Positions 56,196-64,000 of a DNA stretch of 64,000 nucleotides are shown one piece after another. Each line of letters opens with the position of its first letter. Within the stretch, counting starts at the first letter, position 1. The stretch lies in NCBI GenBank assembly GCA_950097015.1, contig CATNEN010000007.1, positions 4,588,001 to 4,652,000 on the forward strand, written 5' to 3'. The position numbers were made by a program, and so were the translations under genes. Below the pieces are notes generated by a model that searched no databases, was not told the DNA's origin, and saw only the letters and a list, made by a program, of their open reading frames with translations. Source of the stretch: Macrostomum hystrix (lineage: Eukaryota; Animalia; Platyhelminthes).

Positions 56196-57914
56196 TTCGA
56201 TTGTCCTTTCCAGCAGCGGCATCGGCGTGACCTGTCGTCGACTACGACTGAAAACGGCGCCGGCAGTGGCAGCGTCGACGACTTCGAAAGTCCCTTCGGC
56301 CCGCCGGCTGTCTTTGGCAAATTTTCCTCATCAGCACCGGTTTCAACCCACATGCAGTCTAGCGATGCCTTATCAGCAGCGGCCGAACCCGTCGTCGAGT
56401 CCGACCCATTGTCATCCTGGACTATTCAGTGCTGCGGCGCCACCGTCAGCATCGGCGGCGTTGTTGGCGGAGCCCGGCCGTCGACGCGTCGCCTGCTGTT
56501 GTCGCTGGCGCTTGGCCAGCTGCTGTCGCTGTTTATCTGCGGCACGGCTGTCACATCCGGCTACCTGCAGCGCTACGGCGTGAACGCCCCGACGGCGCAG
56601 TGCTTTCTCAACTACCTGCTGCTGGGACTCACCTTCGGCTCCGCGGCCTTCTACCGGCTTGGCCGCGCCGCCAGTCTGAGGGCCGCAGCCCGACGGCTCT
56701 GGTGGCGATACCTGCTGGCAGCGCTGCTCGATGTTGAAGCCAACTATCTGGTGGTCAAGGTCAGTGAAACATAACTTGTTTTCGCGAGATTAGTAATTGA
56801 TAATCCACTCGACTAATCTAGCTTCATTTTATTCTCTTAATCTGTTTCTTTACATTCCCCTTAGTCGTCTCCTTCATTCCCTTAATCCAACTCCATCTCT
56901 GTGCCTAATCCGTTTCCTTCACTTTGGGTATCCCTTTCGCTAATCTGTATCCTTTCCTACCCCTAATCCGTCTCTTTTTCTTCCCCTATTCCCTCTAATT
57001 TCCTTCTCCAATCCATTTCCCTAAATCCGTTCCCCTAATCCGTCTCCTCCAAAATCCCTTAATCCGTCTCCTCCCGTTCCCCTAATCCGCAGGCGTACGC
57101 GTACACCAGCGTGACCAGCGTGCAGCTGCTGGACTGCGCCAGCATCCCCGTGGCTCTTATCAGCTCCTGGCTGCTGCTCGGTGCCAGATTCGGCGCCTGC
57201 CACTACATCGGCGTGGCGGCCTGCGTGCTTGGCGCCGGTGGCATGGCCCTGGCGGACGTGCTGGCTGCTCAGCACGCCGGTGACGCTGCTCCGCCGGCCC
57301 CGTTGCTAGGTGACGCTCTGGTGCTAGCGGGCGGGGCTCTCTACGGCCTCTCCAACGTGTGGCAGGAGCGCCTGGTCCGCCGCTACGAGCGGCTCCTCTA
57401 CATCGGCTGCGTCGGCATCCTCGGCGCCCTGATTGGCGGAGTTCAACTGCTGCTGCTTGAGCGCAACGAGCTGGGCGCCCTGCTGGCTGGCCGGTTCGCT
57501 CCGGGCGCATCGCCAGCCGCGGCTGCTGGCGCCGCTGTCGGCTTCGCCCTGTGCATGTACGCCCTGTACTCTCTGATGCCCCTGGCGATGACCGCGGGCA
57601 GCGCCGTGCTGGTCAACCTGTCCCTGCTCACCGCTGATCTCTACGCCCTGTTCGTGGGTGTCTACCTGTTCGGCTACAGCTTTCATCCGCTGTACTTTGT
57701 AGCCTACGGAGCCATTCTGCTAGGTCTGGCCGCTTACGCCATCCGGCAGCCCCGGCTAGTGCAGGACCCGCCCGTCAGGCGTCGGTTTCTGCGGCCAACG
57801 CCCACCATCGGACCGGTTGGCACCGCTGCTGCTGCTGGCGGCGGAGTCGGTGTTCGAGGCATCAGGCGCTTCGGCAGCATCGAGGAAGGCATCGACTGTG
57901 CCAGGAGTAGCTAG
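56175..57914 (+). CDS. slc35f: Solute carrier family 35 member F1/F2-like transporter (exons about 56175-56759 and 57093-57914)
   Basis: LGQLLSLFICGT, NAPTAQCFLNY, DVEANYLVVK|AYAYTSVTSVQLLDC, GDALVL.G..LYGLSNVWQE and NLSLLTADLY. The intron is phase 0. The start is uncertain because it lies in the last repeat unit. Confidence 0.9.
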
Positions 57915-58024
57915 TCTGTGCTTGACTACCGCTTTCAAAGTTTTTATATCGCATGCCTGCATTCCTACCTATTTTAGACTATTTTTACGGCTCAGATTCT
58001 CTGAAATAACCGAAATTTCATTTC

Positions 58025-58935
58025 ACCTAGATCCTCAAATGAACTGGCCCTTTCTCCCAGATCCTCAAATTAAATGGTCCTTTCTCCCAGATCCTCAAAT
58101 GAACTGGCCCTTTCTCCCAGATCCTCAAATTAAATGGTCCTTTCTCCCAGATCCTCAAATGAACTGGCCCTTTCTCCCAGATCCTCAAATTAAATGGTCC
58201 TTTCTCCCAGATCCTCAAATGAACTAGCCCTTTCTCCCAGATCCTCAAATTAAATGGTCCTTTCTCCCAGATCCTCAAATTAACTGGCCTTTTTTTCCAA
58301 ATCCTCAAATTAAATGGCCCTTTCTCCCAGATCCTCAAATTAACTGGCCCTTTCTCCCAGATCCTCAAATTAACTGGCCCTTTCTCCCAGATCCTCAAAT
58401 TAACTGGCCCTTTCTCCCAGATCCTGAAATTAACAGGCCCTTTCTCCCGGATCCTCAAATTAACTGGCCCTTTCTCCCAGATCCTCAAATTAAATGGCCA
58501 TTTTTTTCCAAATCCTCAAATTAACTGGCCCTTTCTCCCAGATCCTCAAATTAACAGGCCCTTTCTCCCGGATCCTCAAATTAACTGGCCCTTTCTCCCA
58601 GATCCTCAAATTAAATGGCCATTTTTTTCCAAATCCTCAAATTAACTGGCCCTTTCTCCCAGATCCTCAAATTGAACGGTCATTTCTCGCAGATCCTCAA
58701 ATTGAACGGTCATTTCTCCCAGATCCTCAAATTGAACGGTCATTTCTCCCAGATCCTCAAATTGAACGGTCATTTCTCCCAGATCCTCAAATTGAACGGT
58801 CATTTCTCCCAGATCCTCAAATTGAACGGTCATTTCTCCCAGATCCTCAAATTGAACGGTCATTTCTCCCAGATCCTCAAATTGAACGGTCATTTCTCGC
58901 AGATCCTCAAATTGAATGGTCATTTCTCCCAGATC
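58025..58935. repeat. 30-bp minisatellite with variant sub-domains
   Basis: Unit CAGATCCTCAAATTAACTGGCCCTTTCTCC, with A/B alternation at the 5' end and a TTGAACGGTCA variant at the 3' end. Confidence 0.95.
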
Positions 58936-59389
58936 GTCAAAATGGAGCAAATTGAGCAAACAGATTTTGCACTATTTGCCAGTTGTTGTGCAACCCCCAG
59001 AAATCTCAGAAATATCAGATTTTATGTCTAAAATTATCGGACCTTAAGTTATTATAATCACGAATCGTTTTAGCGACTCAGTTGACGTGAGCGCCATTAA
59101 TTGAAAAGAAATATTGAGCAAGGAACATTTATAGTTGCATTTTTGTTCTGCTTTTGAGTTATTTAAGTCATTCAGATTTTGTGCTCTTTGCATGTCTGCT
59201 TGTTTCCGCAGTGATTTTATTTCAACGCCTTCAAATTGACTGCTTGATTACTATTGATTGCTTGATTTGTTTGAATAATTTTTTAATGCTAAATATAGGC
59301 GTGCAGAGTTTAATACATTTTTTCAACTATTATAGGAATGGAATAAAACCTCTTTGCTAATCTGCTTGTTTCATTTTTCATTCACGCCG

Positions 59390-60155
59390 TCAGTCATTAC
59401 CCACTAATCCTCCATTCAGTCAGTCATTACCCACTAATCCTCCATTCAGTCAGTCATTACCCACTAATCCTCCATTCAGTCAGTCATTACCCACTAATCC
59501 TCCACTCAGTCAGTCATTACCCACTAATCCTCCACTCCGTCAGAGATTACCCACTAATCCTCCATTCAGTCAGTCATTACCCACTAATCCTCCATTCAGT
59601 CAGTCATTACCCACTAATCCTCCACTCCGTCAGAGATTACCCACTAATCCTCCATTCAGTCAGTCATTACCCACTAATCCTCCATTCAGTCAGTCATTAC
59701 CCACTAATCCTCCATTCAGTCAGTCATTACCCACTAATCCTCCACTCCGTCAGAGATTACCCACTAATCCTCCACTCAGTCAGTCATTACCCACTAATCC
59801 TCCATTCAGTCAGTCATTACCCACTAATCCTCCACTCAGTCAGTCATTACCCACTAATCCTCCACTCAGTCAGTCATTACCCACTAATCCTCCATTCAGT
59901 CAGTCATTACCCACTAATCCTCCATTCAGTCAGTCATTACCCACTAATCCTCCACTCAGTCAGTCATTACCCACTAATCCTCCATTCAGTCAGTCATTAC
60001 CCACTAATCCTCCACTCAGTCAGTCATTACCCACTAATCCTCCATTCAGTCAGTCATTAACCACTCAGTCAGTCATTACCCACTAATCCTCCATTCAGTC
60101 AGTCATTACCCACTAATCCTCCACTCACTCAGTCATTACCCACTAATCCTTCATT
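59390..60155. repeat. 30-bp minisatellite
   Basis: Unit CAGTCAGTCATTACCCACTAATCCTCCATT. Confidence 0.96.
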
Positions 60156-60476
60156 CAGTGACTTATCGAGAAGCATGAAGCATGACTTATCGAGACGGAC
60201 GCATGAATTATCGAGTAGGTTGCATACATTAAAGAGGGTAAAGTATGACTTATCAAGGGGGAAGCATCAGTAGGGTTGCCTAAATTATCGAGGGGATTAT
60301 CGTGCTATGATATGGCAGTCCATGCACAGTCCTGTGATAGATCAGTTACTGACAGTAGGCTGCAGAGGGAGTGCTATGATATGGCAGTCCATGCACAGTC
60401 CTGTGATAGATCAGCTACTGACAGTAGGCTGCAGAGGATGTCACTGAATCTGTTTGCACTGACTAAAACAATCCAG

Positions 60477-60948
60477 ATTGGCTGCACATCAAAAGGTCAT
60501 TCTATGGTAGGGAACAAAATACGGGTGCGACTTACCGCAAATGGCTGAGCCGGGAACTTGCCATGGCTCACGACGGTAACAGGCGAGAGAACTCAACCAA
60601 GATGAACGACACCCGAGGCGCCAACTCCATGGTGTTCTTGTTTCCCAGCATGGACAGGCCGCAGAACGTGGAGGAAATTCTGATCTGGAAGAAGCTGGGC
60701 TGCGCCTACAATGCCAGCCACTATAACTTTCGTGTACTGGACATAAAGTGGCGAGATTCCGAGTGCCATCCGACTGACGAGGGCCGCTACATCAGCGTTG
60801 TTTGCGAATGGATGTACCATTCGCGTTCAAAATCAGGCTGCAATCGACCACCGAACTCAGCGACTGCGACATCCCGGCGGAGGTCGAGGTCTTCGGCAAC
60901 GGAGGAGCCCAGCTTAACGAGCTTGAACATCAGCGAGTTTGGCCCTAG
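60477..60948 (+). pseudogene. Paralogue A exon of a divergent C-type-lectin-like protein, with a 1-nt frameshift at about 60820
   Basis: Acceptor ATCCAG|AT TGG gives DWLHIKRS, as in paralogue B. After VVCEWMY the frame shifts; restoring one T gives HFAFKIRLQSTTELSDCDIPAEVEVFG...WP*. The first exon was not located. Confidence 0.65.
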
Positions 60949-61049
60949 ACAGACCGCTAGTGGTGTTGGACGTTGTAGAAACTTTCATTACAAAACTTTA
61001 AAACTCTTAACTTGTAGAAACTTTAAACCACACCGTACTGGTGGAAAAA

Positions 61050-61900
61050 TACACAAAACGGGAGGACAAACACAAAGACAAGTGGACAAAGACACAAAAC
61101 AGGTGGACAAACACAATACAGATAGGCAAACTCACAAAACAGGTGGAAAAATACAGAAGATTGGACAAATACACAGAACAGATCAACGAGCACACAGAAC
61201 AGTTGGAGAAACACCCAGAACAGGTAGACAAACACAGAAAAGGTGGACAAACACACAGAAGAGGTGGACAAACGCACATAACAGGTAGACAAACACAGAA
61301 AAGGTGGACAAACACACAGAACAGGTGGACAAACACCCAGAACAGGTAGACAAACACAGAAAAGGTGGACAAACACACAGAAGAGGTGGACAAACGCACA
61401 TAACAGGTAGACAAACACAGAAAAGGTGGACAAACACACAGAAGAGGTGGACAAACGCACATAACAGGTAGACAAACACAGAAAAGGTGGACAAACACAC
61501 AGAACAGGTGGACAAACACCAAGAACAGGTAGACAAACACCCAGAACAGGTAGACAAACACAGAAAAGGTGGACAAACACACAGAAGAGGTGGACAAACG
61601 CACATAACAGGTAGACAAACACAGAAAAGGTGGACAAACACACAGAACAGGTGGACAAACACCAAGAACAGGTAGACAAACACCCAGAACAGGTAGACAA
61701 ACACAGAAAAGGTGGACAAACACACAGAAGAGGTGGACAAACGCACATAACAGGTAGACAAACACAGAAAAGGTGGACAAACACACAGAACAGGTGGACA
61801 AACACCCATAACAGGTAGACAAACACAGAAAAGGTGGACAAACACACAGAACAGGTGGACAAACGCACAAAACAGATCAAGAAGAGCATACATAACAGGT
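61050..61900. repeat. Composite 21-bp minisatellite with higher-order structure
   Basis: Units ACAGGTGGACAAACACACAGA / ACAGGTAGACAAACACAGAAA / AGAGGTGGACAAACGCACATA. Confidence 0.93.
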
Positions 61901-62287
61901 GGAAAAAACATGCAGAACTGACAAGAACACCGAACAGGCAAACACGAACCGTTAAGAATATTTACTTTTTTGCATCGGCATCAGAATAATAAAATACACA
62001 TAGAATTTTGTTTGAATTCTTGCACTGAATTTCAGTGGTGATGCTGGTTTTCAGTTTATTTTGCAGCATGCAAAATAGACAGTTATCAGAGTTTAATCGG
62101 TGCTGAACCCAGCAAGCAACTAATTACACAAATCCATGCACAATGTGAATTTGTCTCCAAATCTTCTACGCGCTAAAATATCAAGTTTTGTTTATTTCGA
62201 CGCAGGAAATAAATGCTCTCTAGCAGGTTGTAAATCTGCATAACATTGTAGCCACTAAAGCATTGATTCAGCAGTTTAGATCTCGCT

Positions 62288-63159
62288 ATGGTCCACATCA
62301 ATACTCACCTTTTGCTGCTAGTGTCTGCAGTGCTCGTGCACTCAATGGACTCAGTAAGCTATTGGGCAAGCAAGTGCACACCGTTTCAGAAGGCCTCTAA
62401 AAATGAAATAATTTGTGTCGACTGTCCGCATCAGGGCCTGGCCTTGCCGAGGGGCGAGAGCTGCTACGGTGAGCGGGGTGTCTGCCTGTCCGTTCGGGGT
62501 GTCTGCCCGTCCGTTTTTGGTGTCTGCCTGTCCGTTCAAGGTGTCTGTCTGCCTGCCTGTCTTTTCAGGGTGTCTACAATTTAAAGGTGTCTGTTTGTCT
62601 GTTCTAGGTTTTCTGAGTGTGTCTGCCTCTCCGTACAGTCTGTTCTGGATATTATTCAGTCTGTGACTGCTGACGGTCCGGATGCCGAGGCTCACACTAT
62701 CTGGCTGTTTCAGACTGGCTGCATATCAAGCGCTCGCTGTTCTGCCGGAGGGAGTATTTTGCCTGCCACCAGCGCTCCGACCTGGCCAGGTCGCATGACG
62801 GCCAGCGATTCGAGCTGGCAAACAACTCTAGCGACACCGCGTTGGGCAGCTGGAATATGATGTTTATCTTCTCTAGCGCTGACAGGCCCCTGCAGGCAGA
62901 ATACTTTCTGGTCTGGAAGAAGCAGGACTGCGCATTCAACGCCAGCGACTACGAGTTTGGCACGTTCAGCGGGCCGCGGACCAGCTTCAACTCGGAATGC
63001 TATCCGACAGACGAGGGCGAGTACGTCAGCGTGGTGTGCAAGTTTATGAACGGCCACGCATTCGGCATGGCGCCGAGGTCGAGAACATCGAAGCTGATCA
63101 GGGACTGCGACATCCCGGCTGAGGTGGAGGCGTTCGGCGAGAGGAAAGTCCCAGTCTAG
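62288..63159 (+). CDS. Secreted Cys-containing protein, divergent C-type-lectin-like domain, paralogue B (exons 62288-62468 and 62714-63159)
   Basis: Signal peptide MVHINTHLLLLVSAVLVHS, CP-x12-CY, then a phase-1 intron and LVWKKQDC...Y.F...SECYPTDEG...VVC...DCDIP. Possible 36-nt in-frame mini-intron in exon 1. Confidence 0.68.
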
Positions 63160-64000
63160 CTGGGTGGGAAGGCTAAATTTTTCTCGGTGATTATATGCAA
63201 ACCGATTGCCAATTGATTTATTATGTGCTATCAAATCTAATAACCAAACTGAATTACTAAACATTGGGTAAGGGTAAGGGAAATCAAGTTGGCGCGAGTC
63301 AATGCCCGCATGTACATTGGGTAAGAAAAATCAAAGTTGGTATGAGTCAGCGCGCGTATGTACATTGGGTAAGGAAAATCAAGTTGTGTGAGTGAGTGCC
63401 TGGATGTACAATAGTAAGGAAACAAAGGGGATTGCGTTGACCTAATGTTAAATCGCACTTTCGGAAACTGAATTGTTTCATAAATTAAGTAGAAAAAATT
63501 TAAGCCCATCTTTGCAACCAAACATGATAATTTCAGTACCCATCATTCTGAAAGAATATGCTTTGCCTTAGTTTTAGTTCTTAATAAAATGAGAACACGG
63601 ATTTTTGTTATGCGCTAATAAAACGTTAAGTTGTCTCCTTATTAAAGCGCAAAGAAAGGATTCATTTTTAACTTTAATCACTATCTTTTCAGGAATCAAA
63701 ATATTTTGATTCTATGGCGCAAACAGAGGAGTGGCTGTGCCACTGGCTTTACATCAAGCCAAGGACTTCTATATAATAGCATAATATATATATAGTATAA
63801 TATAATATATAATCATATAATAGATGCTATTATATAGAAGTCCTTGATCAAGCCCTTTGGTGTCATTTCTTTGCTTTGGCATTTTTCGCCATAGACAAAA
63901 CCCTGACAGCCCCCGCATAGATAAGAAGTGATGCTTGCCAACTCTGAGTGAAAAGTCTGAGTTTTATGTTTTCATTTTTATTAATGGCTGGTAAAATATC

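Noticed and set aside
59154-59360. LLVSAV-containing ORF as the missing signal-peptide exon of paralogue A
   Set aside because: It has no ATG, no suitable phase-1 donor, and only a 6-residue match.
61007-61941. Three overlapping hydrophobic Cys/Val-rich ORFs (252-288 aa)
   Set aside because: All three frames are open over a 21-bp composite repeat, so this is a repeat artefact. The same applies to the ORFs at 4053-4530, 4801-5867, 20169-21109, 44566-45096, 54116-54872 and 57817-59031.

Overview
Eukaryotic (animal) genomic DNA with GC-rich spliced exons, AT-rich spacers and abundant minisatellites. My rough sum puts tandem arrays at about a fifth to a quarter of the window. The style suggests a free-living flatworm such as Macrostomum, but that is inference only. 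Genes reconstructed by hand from GT-AG sites and reading phase: an atypical Rab-like GTPase (-), a signal-peptide neuropeptide precursor encoding YADF/YTDFamide/YTEFamide (+), a Yorkie/YAP orthologue (-), an intronless secreted protein with long-chain four-helix (IL-6/CNTF/CLCF1-like) cytokine hallmarks (+), an orphan ORF (-), an NHL/beta-propeller protein (-), cyclophilin B (+), an ankyrin-repeat Ser/Thr kinase (+), an ANKRD54-like gene (+), an SLC35F transporter (+) and two tandem divergent C-type-lectin-like paralogues (+, one with a 1-nt frameshift). Mobile DNA: two tRNA-derived SINE families, a 236-bp Polinton-like miniature element with a 6-bp TSD, a 4-kb Mutator-like element with a 9-bp TSD in the cyclophilin intron, a hairpin-rich insertion carrying two perfect RFX X-boxes, and a 1.7-kb internally deleted Ngaro-type tyrosine-recombinase retroelement with intact split direct repeats. 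The best candidates for novel biology are the putative invertebrate gp130-type cytokine (head-to-head with YAP), the YADF neuropeptide precursor and the mini-Ngaro. No database searches were run; family calls rest on motif recognition.
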